24,660 nucleotides of DNA, from assembly GCA_019057635.1 (NCBI GenBank), contig DXJL01000058.1, positions 1-24,660 of the forward strand, read 5' to 3'. The notes beneath the pieces were generated by a model. It ran no database searches. It worked only from the letters and a program-made list of their open reading frames with translations, and was not told where the DNA came from. Positions 1 to 9,438 of this stretch are shown here, in pieces; positions within the stretch are counted from its first letter, which is position 1; each line of letters starts with the position of its first letter. A program made the position numbers and the translations under genes. This DNA comes from Candidatus Heimdallarchaeota archaeon. GTDB taxonomy: Archaea > Asgardarchaeota > Heimdallarchaeia > Hodarchaeales > Hodarchaeaceae.

Positions 1-755
1 AACCTGCTCGTGGACATTATGCACAATTGATCTTTCATGCAAACTACCAACGTTTACTAACGGGAAGCTTATTCTTTGCATTGGGAACTGTATTTTCTTT
101 TTCGGTGGGGATTTTCATCCCACCTGAAGTTAGTCTTGGTACTCAGATCGCGTCCCTCATTAGTCTTGTTTGTTTTGCTATTTTCATCTACAGCATTTAT
201 TCTTTTTCCCAATTAGACCCTCGATCTTTAAATGACAAGCTTTCCCGTGTCCCATTATTTTTTGGAATTTATATGCTAGCAGATGTTATTTCTTCGATTT
301 TTTTTACTTTGCTGCCTCAAACCATTGATCTATCCCTTCCTGAAGGTAGAGAAATTTTACTCCAAGCTTCTGGAATCGTATTAATTGAAGCAGTTTCTGG
401 AATTTTTCTATTTATTGGTGCCCTCAAATTTACTAGTTGGTTCAGAGATCTTGTGTTGATGTTAAATGCACCTGATAAAGACTCTACAAATCGTATAAAA
501 TGGTTTGCTACCTGCGCATTAATTGGAAAGGGATTGTTGCTGATTTTCTATATCATACTCATAACAGCCGCAAGTACTCAGTTAGATTCCACTGCTGAGA
601 ACGCTATAACTATTTTTAATTTAGCAGCCTTTATTCTCCTCACGGCATCCGTTCTCCAAGTTGCTGGTGGGTACAAGGTGTATTCCGTTTTAAACAATAT
701 TCGTCGGGGTAAATATGATTCTGCAACCCAGCAACAAAGCCAGTCCAAAAACTAA
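1..755 (+). CDS. Hypothetical multi-pass membrane protein, 5'-truncated by the window edge
   Basis: About 6 hydrophobic segments. The frame is open from position 3 (PARGHYAQLIFH...) to the TAA at 753-755, so the true start probably lies left of the window. Confidence 0.75.
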   Translation, partial: PARGHYAQLIFHANYQRLLTGSLFFALGTVFSFSVGIFIPPEVSLGTQIASLISLVCFAIFIYSIYSFSQLDPRSLNDKLSRVPLFFGIYMLADVISSIFFTLLPQTIDLSLPEGREILLQASGIVLIEAVSGIFLFIGALKFTSWFRDLVLMLNAPDKDSTNRIKWFATCALIGKGLLLIFYIILITAASTQLDSTAENAITIFNLAAFILLTASVLQVAGGYKVYSVLNNIRRGKYDSATQQQSQSKN

Positions 756-1083
756 TAGCAATGGAAATTTTTTTAAGTTAAATTAGGTATGTAGAGAATC
801 TTCACTATCAGTTATTTGATGCCTGTATTTTTTTCTTCCTTGTAAGTCATACTTCTGTTCTGTAACTGTTCAATGAGAGGTGTGGCTGTATGTTCTGAAG
901 TCCCATAATTATCCCAATGACTCATACTTCCTAATCGAAAAATAATTAGCGTAAAACGATTATCTCTTGGTACAAGTATTTTATTTCACCTTTTTCTCTA
1001 TGCGGGGTCCAATCTCTGGGTTTCTCCTCTGTCAATTTTTGGTGATTATAAAGAAAAGGAGAGATGTATCTAATGACGATTTT

Positions 1084-1962
1084 ATGTCTTCTATGACTCC
1101 TCAAATCACCACATTCATATCAAGTTTAGAGACTCATCCTCGAGCTACTGAATTAATCCCTCTCGTTGAACAATTGTTGAATGTGGACGATTTCTCTGTG
1201 GAATCTCAACTTGTTGCTATTCTACTCGACATTTGCATAGATAACCCTGCATTGATCACCGAATTATGGCTATTACGTGGGACAATTCTTTTAGAGGAGG
1301 GACTTCCTACTCGCGCAGTTGCCACCTTTTGGGAGGCGGTTCATCTTCAACCTGAGGTGTCAACCCCGTGGGATCAGGTCATTGCGGTTTTTATTCAGAG
1401 AGAAGAATTAATTCATGCTTCTTTTTTTCTTACCAAGGCTCAACTTCTCTTTCCTGACAATGAAGATTTCTCCTCTTTACTCCTACAAGTCTCCCAGCAA
1501 ATACCGATCACCCTTCGGAACCCTCTAGGAGTTTCTCTCGAGGGGAGGAATAGTCACGAGCAATCATCCTCCACTATTCCTCCGAATGAATCTAATTCTT
1601 CGATTTTATATGACCCACCTGATATTTTTCCCGTCACATTCCATAATCCATGGAAAATGATGCAGGAATGTTTCAACGCTAGTTTGTCCTCTGCTAGCCA
1701 GAAAGATCTGCAATCATTTGTAACTTATGCCCATTCAGCCATCCGAGAACTCCTGGGTCTTGATGGTAATTTCCGTGATGGTTTAGATCAAGTGCTTATT
1801 CGCCTTCAGCTTACTGATTATAAACAGCCTCTTATGCGATTGAACCATATACATAATCGTGTTGCTCATGCTAACTATATTCCCCCGAAAAAAGAATTAC
1901 GCAAACTCTATAATTTAGTTCAAGAGATTGTTGATCAGTATGAACTTCGACATACAGATTAA
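1084..1962 (+). CDS. Hypothetical protein: TPR-like helical N-terminus plus HEPN/DUF4145-like C-terminus
   Basis: TPR-like segment LWLLRGTILLEEG...AVATFWEAVHLQPE. The C-terminus has AHSAIRELL...LNHIHNRVAH. ATG at 1084 preferred over the TTG at 967. Confidence 0.6.
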   Translation: MSSMTPQITTFISSLETHPRATELIPLVEQLLNVDDFSVESQLVAILLDICIDNPALITELWLLRGTILLEEGLPTRAVATFWEAVHLQPEVSTPWDQVIAVFIQREELIHASFFLTKAQLLFPDNEDFSSLLLQVSQQIPITLRNPLGVSLEGRNSHEQSSSTIPPNESNSSILYDPPDIFPVTFHNPWKMMQECFNASLSSASQKDLQSFVTYAHSAIRELLGLDGNFRDGLDQVLIRLQLTDYKQPLMRLNHIHNRVAHANYIPPKKELRKLYNLVQEIVDQYELRHTD

Positions 1963-2828
1963 ATCTTGCGAATAATGTGTATGTCGTCTACAAAGTGGTG
2001 GACACCTGGAGCAATTGATTTTATTACACGTTGTTTGGTATCTTTCATTTTAAAATATGGAAATTCTTCCAAGATTAGTTTATTGATAGCTTGACGCCAA
2101 TTGAATGGTTGCCTTGCAGTTGTCAATCCATGGGTGTGCAAGATTCCTCCTTGATCTTGCTTTAGGGCCTGCAGGGCAACTTCTAATTGTCTCGGAGTCA
2201 ATTCGAAATACCCCAGCAATACTCGATCCGCCCAATTTATGGGAGTATGGGTTTGATTATCCCCGAAAATTGGTTGATAACGGTCTTTTAGATGATTAAC
2301 CTGTATATTTTTCTCTAAAAATGAATAGGCATAGGGATTGATTTCGATCCCTTTGACTTCTACTGTCGGATGATGAACACTAATAGGTACTGACAGATTT
2401 CCGACACACGCAAACATATCAATGATCTGTTCCCCTTCTGTTGTTATTTTTATTAAGCGTTGTCGTTCTGCATGATTTCCTGTAGAAAATGTAAGTCGTA
2501 ATGCATCTATCCAAAATTTACATCCAAGTTCTTTATGGAGGGTTACTGTGTCAGGGTTCCCTGCTAGTACTTCTAACCCTGGAGTACGTATAGTCGTGGT
2601 TGTTACGCCCACTTTTTGCATTATTGTGGACAGCTCGCTTATACCAGATAAATAGTTTTGGCCTATTTTTTCTTTCCAGGGCCACAAACTTGTATGCAGC
2701 TCAATAATTCCCACCGTCCCTATCCGTCTCCAATGTTTTGGAAGACGAGTGATTAATTCTGTAGGAAGATAGCCTTCATTCTCTACAGACTGTTTTATAT
2801 ATTCAAAAGGTGTTTTTCGTGGGCTCAA
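1959..2828 (-). CDS. taw2: Trm5/Taw2-family SAM-dependent tRNA modification enzyme, most like the wyosine aminocarboxypropyltransferase Taw2 (TYW2)
   Basis: Motifs [30 protein letters not shown] (SAM motif I), IEINP and ADRVLLGY. Confidence 0.75.
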   Translation of the reverse strand: MSPRKTPFEYIKQSVENEGYLPTELITRLPKHWRRIGTVGIIELHTSLWPWKEKIGQNYLSGISELSTIMQKVGVTTTTIRTPGLEVLAGNPDTVTLHKELGCKFWIDALRLTFSTGNHAERQRLIKITTEGEQIIDMFACVGNLSVPISVHHPTVEVKGIEINPYAYSFLEKNIQVNHLKDRYQPIFGDNQTHTPINWADRVLLGYFELTPRQLEVALQALKQDQGGILHTHGLTTARQPFNWRQAINKLILEEFPYFKMKDTKQRVIKSIAPGVHHFVDDIHIIRKI

Positions 2829-2983
2829 TATTTCCGAAAACCTAAATCTCCTGCGATTTCACGGATGCACCTACGACAGATGTTTAACCCATATTTCCGA
2901 ATAATTGCTCTATGTGTTCCACATCGGCGACAGGTACGTGCCCCTTTGCCCATTGTTTTCTGTGTTTCAGGTGTTTTTTGCAT
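2825..2983 (-). CDS. rps14: 30S ribosomal protein uS14 (zinc-finger type), absent from the ORF track
   Basis: Translated by hand: [52 protein letters not shown]. It has CxxC...CxxC and sits at the canonical position after uL5. Confidence 0.97.
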   Translation of the reverse strand: MQKTPETQKTMGKGARTCRRCGTHRAIIRKYGLNICRRCIREIAGDLGFRKY

Positions 2984-2985
2984 GA

Positions 2986-3582
2986 TTATTCGACTCCGAG
3001 ATTGTATTCATGTTTAAAAAAGGCAATTCCTTCTTCTTTTGAGATTTTATGTCGCATAGGTATTTTATGTGGACGAATGCGTCTTTTCTTAACTCGGAAG
3101 CCATTTCGTTCAAGAACTACTGTCGTATTGAATCCATGGACACCAATTTTTGGATCATATTTGATGTTGGGTAAATTTAAATGATCAGCAATTCCGAATG
3201 ACAGATTCCCATGCATATCAAATTTTTTTGAAGATATCAGATCTTCAATGGCCCAAAGTGATTTTTTCAAAAATTCTTTGGCGAGTTCACCCCTTAATGT
3301 CGTAAAAACTGCAATGGGTTCATGTTTTCGTATGGCAAATCCTCTTACCGATTCTTTTGCTTTTCCTTCTGCAGGGACTTGTTTGGTTAAGGTTTCACAC
3401 AATTCTCGTGCCTTTTCCAGCTCGGGACCCGAGGCTCCAACGCTGAAATTGATGCTTACTTTCTTCACTAGGGGTTTTCTCATTGGGTTGGCTTGCCAAT
3501 CTTTAACAAATTTTTGTTCTTCTTCCGTTAATGGAACGGGTTCTCGTTCTTCTGCAAGTTTTGCTTTACTTCTACGACTCAT
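2986..3582 (-). CDS. rpl5: 50S ribosomal protein uL5
   Basis: [37 protein letters not shown] and YDPKIGVHG motifs. Confidence 0.97.
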   Translation of the reverse strand: MSRRSKAKLAEEREPVPLTEEEQKFVKDWQANPMRKPLVKKVSINFSVGASGPELEKARELCETLTKQVPAEGKAKESVRGFAIRKHEPIAVFTTLRGELAKEFLKKSLWAIEDLISSKKFDMHGNLSFGIADHLNLPNIKYDPKIGVHGFNTTVVLERNGFRVKKRRIRPHKIPMRHKISKEEGIAFFKHEYNLGVE

Positions 3583-4348
3583 CTTTCGTCTCTCCAGTTG
3601 GCTCTGGTAATGTTACCATTGCCTTATCTATACCCACAATGAAGATATGTGTGTCAGATGTCTTTATTTCTCCTTCTTCTGTTTGTAAAGTAATTGTGCG
3701 CATTTTTCTTCCGAGTTGTGATTCAATTTCGGTAATTGTTCCCTGCAGACCGACATGTCTGCCACCTGTGATTAATCCGAAATTCCCTTCAGCGAACGGA
3801 TAGTGTTCGACTACTTCATTTGTTTCTAGATTGAATAAAATGGAATCTTTGGGTGAAATTTCCTGAACTGGTATGGTTGTTTCTTCTGATGAATTCACTG
3901 CAAGGGTTCTTCCATCATGAAAAGTAAATTGGGTTAACCTTCCCCGCAATGAATTTTTCTTTTTCACTTGGAGGATTTTCAGTTTTGCTTTTTCCTCAGT
4001 GATTGGATGTAATGTATATAATCTCTTTCCTTTATAAGGAACTAGGCGGAAGAATTCTTGTGTTTTGGTGATTTCTAAGACGTCCATTGGTCCGATGGCG
4101 AATTTATAGTCGGTTCTTACTTTTCCATCTACTTTTACCACTTTCTTAGCGAGGATTTTTTTGACTTCATTCAGTGTTTTTGCATACCCTAAAATCTCTC
4201 GTAATACAATACCTAATGGAATCGCGGTTTCATATGATCCTCGGGTGGGGTGGGGTCTTATCGTAAATTTACCATGTTTTCGTTTGATAGCGTATGTAAT
4301 AGGGGCACTTAATCGTTTGCTATGCCTTGTACTTCCTTTACTTCCCAT
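3572..4348 (-). CDS. rps4e: 30S ribosomal protein eS4
   Basis: HSKRLSAP, VKVDGKVRTDYKFAIGPMDV, HDGRT and TGGRHVG motifs. Confidence 0.97.
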   Translation of the reverse strand: MGSKGSTRHSKRLSAPITYAIKRKHGKFTIRPHPTRGSYETAIPLGIVLREILGYAKTLNEVKKILAKKVVKVDGKVRTDYKFAIGPMDVLEITKTQEFFRLVPYKGKRLYTLHPITEEKAKLKILQVKKKNSLRGRLTQFTFHDGRTLAVNSSEETTIPVQEISPKDSILFNLETNEVVEHYPFAEGNFGLITGGRHVGLQGTITEIESQLGRKMRTITLQTEEGEIKTSDTHIFIVGIDKAMVTLPEPTGETKDES

Positions 4349-4362
4349 AATATTTCTATCCT

Positions 4363-4797
4363 TTATTCTTCCTCTTCTATCTCACTGATTACTTCGCTTA
4401 TATCCTCATCATCGATTTCTAGGTCTTGTTTGGCTTTTCTTTCTAAACTGGCTTTTCGCTTAGTTCCCACCTTCCCAAACCTGCGAATAACGACTTTGGA
4501 TGTATGAATTGGATACATAATTTTTGATTTATCCGCTTTCTCACGTGCAATACCTTCAATATAGAGTTTTTGATTTTTGTAATCAGCGGATTGTACTTTT
4601 CCCTCTGTTCCTACAAAGTCCCCAGCTGTCACGTACACCGTATCCCCCTTACGAACTGATATTTTTTTGACTTTGTATTTTTTTCTTAAATCTTTGGAGA
4701 CACGGACTGACATGAGTTTGTGTCTATGAAATGAACTTGCCTTATTAATTCGATTCCGTTGTTTGGACGGATTCTTGGTTTTTAGATGAGAGCCCAT
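4363..4797 (-). CDS. rpl24: 50S ribosomal protein uL24
   Basis: NPSKQR, VRKGDTVYVTAGDF..EGKV (KOW) and YPIHTSKV, followed by an acidic tail. Confidence 0.96.
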   Translation of the reverse strand: MGSHLKTKNPSKQRNRINKASSFHRHKLMSVRVSKDLRKKYKVKKISVRKGDTVYVTAGDFVGTEGKVQSADYKNQKLYIEGIAREKADKSKIMYPIHTSKVVIRRFGKVGTKRKASLERKAKQDLEIDDEDISEVISEIEEEE

Positions 4798-4812
4798 GAT
4801 TATTCACTTATC

Positions 4813-5229
4813 TTATGAAATGATTCGTGCTGCGCTTGCAATTCGTGGCCAAGCATCAGCTGCTTCCTTTGATACGGTACCTCGTATCTCACTCCCACGC
4901 GGTTCCCCGGTTTCATTTGTGACTACAACGGCATTATCTTCAAACGATATCCAGCTTCCATCTGCGCGTTTGTATGGTTTTCTCTGACGGATGACAACAG
5001 CATGAACAATTTGCCGTCGTAACTTTGGCGATCCTTTTTTGACTGAACATACAATCAAATCACCCACTTTAGCTGCCGGTTGTCTTCTTAATCGTGTTTT
5101 ATGGCCTTTAACACTGATAATCATGACCATTCTAGCGCCTGAATTATCAGCTACAGGAACAATGGCCCCAGTAGGTAAAGCACGCGTTATTCTGCGTGTA
5201 ATCAACCGCATTGCTCTTCGTTTTTTCAT
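4813..5229 (-). CDS. rpl14: 50S ribosomal protein uL14
   Basis: ADNSGAR, AVVIRQRKPYKRADG, FEDNAVV and WPRIASAA motifs. Confidence 0.98.
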   Translation of the reverse strand: MKKRRAMRLITRRITRALPTGAIVPVADNSGARMVMIISVKGHKTRLRRQPAAKVGDLIVCSVKKGSPKLRRQIVHAVVIRQRKPYKRADGSWISFEDNAVVVTNETGEPRGSEIRGTVSKEAADAWPRIASAARIIS

Positions 5230-5233
5230 GAGC

Positions 5234-5578
5234 TTATTCTCCTAACTCAATCTTTTCTATTACAACAAATGATACTGTTTTGGATATGGGACGGCATTCA
5301 CCAATTCTTACACGATCTCCAGTTTTCACATCTATACAGGGGGGATTATGTGCGTGCATTCGTGTGCTCGACCGACCGTATCGTTTATATTTCCTATTTA
5401 ATTCCAACTGTGATCGTTCAACAGTGACAGTTTTGTCCATCCTGTCTGCAATCACATCGGTTTCAATAACTCTTCCACGAACGGACAATGTGCCATGGAA
5501 CGGACAATTATTATCATCACATGTCCTTTTTGGCAGTGGGGCTATCCCTATTTGCCTTGAGTATTTTTGTTTCACCAT
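5234..5578 (-). CDS. rps17: 30S ribosomal protein uS17
   Basis: CDDNNCPFHG, HAHNPPC and IGECRPISKTVSFVV motifs. Confidence 0.98.
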   Translation of the reverse strand: MVKQKYSRQIGIAPLPKRTCDDNNCPFHGTLSVRGRVIETDVIADRMDKTVTVERSQLELNRKYKRYGRSSTRMHAHNPPCIDVKTGDRVRIGECRPISKTVSFVVIEKIELGE

Positions 5579-5832
5579 TTACGTTTCATCCTATGTTTTA
5601 TACGGTCTTCGTGTCTGCCTTTCAGTTGATTCCCGTGAATATTGATTTTTTGATCATTAATGTGAATTTGTATTATTGCTTGATCTTTGGGGATTATTTT
5701 GACCCCTTTTTTGGTCCTTATTCGTATTGTATTTTTTGACTCGTTAAGTATCTCACCCGTATAGGTATTACCATAACAGGTAACCTTAGATTGGATTCCG
5801 ATCAAGCGTAATTTTGCTATATTCTTCTGTAT
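5572..5832 (-). CDS. rnp1: Ribonuclease P protein component 1 (Rpp29/POP4); start uncertain (TTG at 5805 or an upstream ATA)
   Basis: LIG...GEILNESKNT...KIIPK...GNQLKGRHEDRIK, at the canonical position between uL29 and uS17. The frame stays open upstream as IQKNIAKLR-LIG. Confidence 0.88.
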   Translation of the reverse strand: MQKNIAKLRLIGIQSKVTCYGNTYTGEILNESKNTIRIRTKKGVKIIPKDQAIIQIHINDQKINIHGNQLKGRHEDRIKHRMKRKW

Positions 5833-5848
5833 TACCTCTTTATGATTA

Positions 5849-6052
5849 TTAAAGGGGCTGACCTTCTTCTTTACTAATGGTATAAATTCGGGCGATGGTT
5901 CGACGAAGCTCGCGAACTCGTCCTGCCGACTCGATTGCGCTAGTTTGAGCTTTTGATCGTGAAGTGAGTAGTTCAGTTTTTAGTTCCTGTAACTTTTTTT
6001 CTCTTTCTTTGGCGTTCATTTCCCTGATTTTTGCTTTTCTCAGAATTGCCAT
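5849..6052 (-). CDS. rpl29: 50S ribosomal protein uL29
   Basis: MAILRKAKIREM and GRVRELRRTIARIYT motifs. Confidence 0.96.
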   Translation of the reverse strand: MAILRKAKIREMNAKEREKKLQELKTELLTSRSKAQTSAIESAGRVRELRRTIARIYTISKEEGQPL

Positions 6053-6057
6053 TGTCT

Positions 6058-6846
6058 TTATTCTTCCTCTTCTAAATCTTCTTTTTTCAGCAAACTTTCG
6101 TCTGCAATGTTATCTTCAGCTACTGTTTCGGGGACAGCTACGACGTCTTTTTCTTCGGTTGGTTCAACTTCATCTACTTCGACTTTTGCTTCGTCAACTG
6201 GTTCAAGAGCGTCTTCACTTTCTTCATCAGGAGAGCCAAATACATCTGGAATCAGTTCTGCATAATCTGGTAACACTGCATCTGGTTGCATAATCTTAAC
6301 ATGTACTCCGATCACCCCTTGTTTGAGTGTTACTTCTAATACTGCTTCGTCAACGTAAACTTCAGCAGGTTCTCCACATTTTGCTACAAAACCCTCTCTG
6401 AAGACTTCTGTTCGTGCTCGTTGAGATGTTAACTTACCCTTAATTTGGATTTCACATCCCCGGGCATTGGCAGACATTATTCTGCGCACTAAGGCGTATC
6501 CTGCTCTACGGAAGTGAAAACCTTTCTGAATCTGAGAGATCAGTCGTCCAGCCATTACCCGTGCATTCAAACGAGGTTCATCCAAATCTCGAACTTCGAG
6601 TTGTGGGGTTTCCAAACCATATTTATGCTCTAAAGTTTCTGTTATTTTTCGGATATTTCTTCCTCGTCTTCCTATAACCATACCTAATCTTACTGCATGG
6701 ATTATAACTCGATGACCCATTGGAGTTTTATGTATTTCAATTGCTCCCTGACCTGCGAGTGTTAATTCACGGTTGAGGTATTCATTGACTTGAACATATT
6801 TCAAGTTCCTTGTTATAAACGCTTTCTGTGCAGCTATGATTATCAC
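6058..6846 (-). CDS. rps3: 30S ribosomal protein uS3
   Basis: KH domain GMVIGRRGRNI, FRRAGY, GCEIQIKGKL and GVIGVHVKIM, then an acidic tail. The start is either GTG at 6846 or ATA at 6837. Confidence 0.97.
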   Translation of the reverse strand: MIIIAAQKAFITRNLKYVQVNEYLNRELTLAGQGAIEIHKTPMGHRVIIHAVRLGMVIGRRGRNIRKITETLEHKYGLETPQLEVRDLDEPRLNARVMAGRLISQIQKGFHFRRAGYALVRRIMSANARGCEIQIKGKLTSQRARTEVFREGFVAKCGEPAEVYVDEAVLEVTLKQGVIGVHVKIMQPDAVLPDYAELIPDVFGSPDEESEDALEPVDEAKVEVDEVEPTEEKDVVAVPETVAEDNIADESLLKKEDLEEEE

Positions 6847-7319
6847 TCTTCTGTTACTACAACTTCAATATGTGTTAATGTATTATGACTTGGTGAGGAA
6901 CGGCCATGCGCCCTAGGGGTGAATCCTCTTATTTTTTTGCCACGTTGGGCAGCCATATGGGTAATACGTAATCGACTGACTTCTAATCCTTTAAATGACG
7001 AATTCTGTTCTGCATTTTCCAGAACACGTAGGATTTCTTTTGCCGCTTTCTGAGGATAGCGTCCTATAGGCCATTTGATTAGATCGCTTCTATGGGGTAC
7101 TTTTTTCCGATAGCGTCTGAATGGCACACTTCTTTCCAGATTTATTACTTGCCCAAGATATTCTTGAGCTGCTTCTAGATATTTTCCCTTGCATTCGCGA
7201 CAAATCTCGCGCGCATGTTTGGGAGAAATGCGTAGATTTCGGCCTGTAGCGACGGCAGTTCGATCTGCGTCCAGTCCAAAGACTGAGATCTTGTACTCTG
7301 GCAATTTATATTCAACCAT
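6843..7319 (-). CDS. rpl22: 50S ribosomal protein uL22
   Basis: RISPKHAREIC, VPFRRY, GRYPQKAA, PRAHGR and THIEVV motifs. Alternative ATG at 7328. Confidence 0.97.
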   Translation of the reverse strand: MVEYKLPEYKISVFGLDADRTAVATGRNLRISPKHAREICRECKGKYLEAAQEYLGQVINLERSVPFRRYRKKVPHRSDLIKWPIGRYPQKAAKEILRVLENAEQNSSFKGLEVSRLRITHMAAQRGKKIRGFTPRAHGRSSPSHNTLTHIEVVVTEE

Positions 7320-7707
7320 TATTATCATTTGAGAGTAGAGATATTTTTCCTGTTATTTTCTCCTCTCTAGCCATTTCCTTAAGGTTCTGGCTTATTTTTG
7401 ACATTTAAGGTTACATTTAGAGGATTATAAAAAGTATCTCCTTCCGCTGTATGTATTATTCATTGATTCTTGGTATTTTTTTGGGAAGTACGTGCTTTTT
7501 ACTATACCAATGAATAAATCGTCAATTTCTTCGTTATGAAATTTCTCCATTTTGACCTTTAGGCTTACACAAAAAGAAACATTTTCCTATTATCTTACTT
7601 ATGCTAAGATTTATTTATTCCTGTTATAATAGTGTATTTTACGGTATAGCCTCATTTTTTTAACCCCACCTTGCTCTCCCCTTAAACAAGTATACTTGTG
7701 ATGTATC

Positions 7708-8103
7708 ATGTCCTCCCGTCGTGTTTTTCAATATCGTGGATTTACGTTAGACGAACTCAAACAAAAATCTATGGATGAATTCATTTCATTACTTCCTTCA
7801 AGACAACGTCGTTCTTTAACTCGTGGAATGAGTACTCAACATATTAAACTTATGGAGAGGATAAGTGCTTCTAAAGATTCAAAGCGTCCTGTAAGAACCC
7901 ACTGTAGAGATTTCATCATTCTACCCGAATTGATTGGTGCCATTGTACATGTTCATAATGGCAGAGAATTCCTTAGGGTTTCCCTTATTCCTGAAACACT
8001 GGGACATTTCTTGGGTGAATATGCTCCGACATGTAAGCAAGTGAAACACTCCGCGCCTGGAATTGGAGCAACCCGTGGTTCACAATTCGTTCCTTTAAAG
8101 TAA
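7708..8103 (+). CDS. rps19: 30S ribosomal protein uS19
   Basis: FQYRG, RTHCRDFIILPE, GHFLGEY and PGIGATRGSQFVPLK motifs. Confidence 0.98.
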   Translation: MSSRRVFQYRGFTLDELKQKSMDEFISLLPSRQRRSLTRGMSTQHIKLMERISASKDSKRPVRTHCRDFIILPELIGAIVHVHNGREFLRVSLIPETLGHFLGEYAPTCKQVKHSAPGIGATRGSQFVPLK

Positions 8104-8311
8104 ATTATATTTCTTTCTATCTATTAACACTAATCCAGTCTTCTCCTGGTGTTAAAACCTTTTTATTTTATCTGATTTTTTCACAATTTTTCTCGTTATT
8201 TTCGGAAAGTTGTCTATGTAAACTTGCCAATTGAGAATTTGGAAAAGAAGGGTGCTTTGCACTACTTTCTGTATTAGTATATTTATTTGATTAGTTGTTC
8301 AGAAAAGATAG

Positions 8312-8416
8312 TGGGCCGGAGCAGACTTGAACTGCCGACCTCCTCCGTGTCAGGGAGGCGTCAATCGCAGACTGACCAGATTCTCCGATCAGTTTACCGG
8401 ACTAGACCACCGGCCC
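8312..8416 (-). tRNA. tRNA-Val(GAC) with a 30-31 nt D-loop intron (about 8364-8394)
   Basis: Acceptor GGGCCGG/CCGGCCC, anticodon arm CCTCC-CTGACAC-GGAGG and T arm GGCAG-TTCAAGT-CTGCT. The insert between GGTA and TGAC folds as ACTGATCGGA-GAA-TCTGGTCAGT. CCA is not encoded. Confidence 0.93.
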
Positions 8417-8483
8417 ATCGATATTTTTTTGAGTATTGAACGATTTTCTTCTGTTATTTCACAGATTAAATATGTTATCTTGT

Positions 8484-8927
8484 TTATTCTTCTACTGTTT
8501 CAGTAATGACTTTTCCACCTGCAGATTCAATTTTTTCCTGGGCGGTTGGGGTTATTGAATTAGTTTGTAGATGAATCGGATGAGTTACTAGCCCTTTTCC
8601 TAAGACTTTAATCGGCCCCAATTTATTCATATCTACTGTGATTATCTTTCCATCCTTTTTAGCAATTTCTACAGCCAGGAGGAAATCAAGTTGTTCATTT
8701 ATTTCTCCAACATTGATAAACATAGACGCAGTTGGATTGGGAGAGGTAAATCCTTTCTGATCCAGGATCATCTGGCTAATTTTACCAATTCTATGATGTC
8801 CTTTACTCCCTGCATTGCCTACTCCTCCTCTGGAACCACCTTTTCTGTGACCTCCTGAAATTCTTCCATAACCATAAACTCGGCTCCCTCGTTGTTTACG
8901 TACTTTTTTCTGTCTTCTTACGGTCAT
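8484..8927 (-). CDS. rpl15: 50S ribosomal protein uL15
   Basis: RKQRGSRVYGYG, GSRGGVGNAG, KVLGKG and AQEKIESAGG motifs. Confidence 0.97.
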   Translation of the reverse strand: MTVRRQKKVRKQRGSRVYGYGRISGGHRKGGSRGGVGNAGSKGHHRIGKISQMILDQKGFTSPNPTASMFINVGEINEQLDFLLAVEIAKKDGKIITVDMNKLGPIKVLGKGLVTHPIHLQTNSITPTAQEKIESAGGKVITETVEE

Positions 8928-8938
8928 TGCTAGTCACT

Positions 8939-9436
8939 TCACGCCATTTTTGTGATTAACTTATCTATTTCAGAACCTCGATATCCTAATGCTCCCCCAA
9001 GCGTAAATGCATATTTTACTCCCTTGCGGTAGTGTCCTTTAAGAGGGGGGTGCAAACGGAAGACTGGTTTCAACCCCTGGATATCAGAGAGGTTCGCTTC
9101 AAAGTTCAAGAATTTTGTTACAAAATTATCCAGACTAGAAAATTTTGTGTTTTTCTTGATGTATTCCTCAGTAATTCTCTTATTACCTTCTAATCGTCCA
9201 CGTTTTAATAACAATTCACGTACACTATCGTGAGAAAGCTCTCCCCATGCGATAATATCTTTCGCCTTTTGTAACATTCCTTTATATGTGGGACGATCGT
9301 CAAGAATCACGCAATGATTTGTTCGATTAAGACGTAATAAGTGGAGTGTTTTTGTCAAAGAAGAACTTCTACTTACTGTTCCTCGTACTCTTATTACTGC
9401 AATTCGTTTACTAGCTTCAGAAGTATTCATAGTCAT
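8939..9436 (-). CDS. rpl30: 50S ribosomal protein uL30
   Basis: AVIRVRG, YKGMLQK, KPVFRLHPP and GGALGYRG motifs. Confidence 0.97.
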   Translation of the reverse strand: MTMNTSEASKRIAVIRVRGTVSRSSSLTKTLHLLRLNRTNHCVILDDRPTYKGMLQKAKDIIAWGELSHDSVRELLLKRGRLEGNKRITEEYIKKNTKFSSLDNFVTKFLNFEANLSDIQGLKPVFRLHPPLKGHYRKGVKYAFTLGGALGYRGSEIDKLITKMA

Positions 9437-9438
9437 TA

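Noticed and set aside
812-925. 37-aa minus-strand ORF (MSHWDNYGTSEH...) and loose C/D-like words (ATGAGAG...CTGA) in the first spacer
   Set aside because: No motif or clear target, and the boxes are too degenerate to support a call.
967-1083. N-terminal 39 aa of the 967-1962 ORF
   Set aside because: TTG start running through promoter-like AT-rich sequence; ATG at 1084 is more plausible.
2105-6293. Plus-strand ORFs at 2105, 2912, 3248, 3531, 4161, 4322, 4796, 5039, 5280, 5488 and 5964
   Set aside because: Antisense shadows of well-conserved minus-strand genes, with no recognisable motifs.
8124-8167. TTAACACTA/TGGTGTTAA stem followed by T-rich sequence after uS19
   Set aside because: A possible terminator, but the stem is weak and AT-rich, so it cannot be distinguished from chance.
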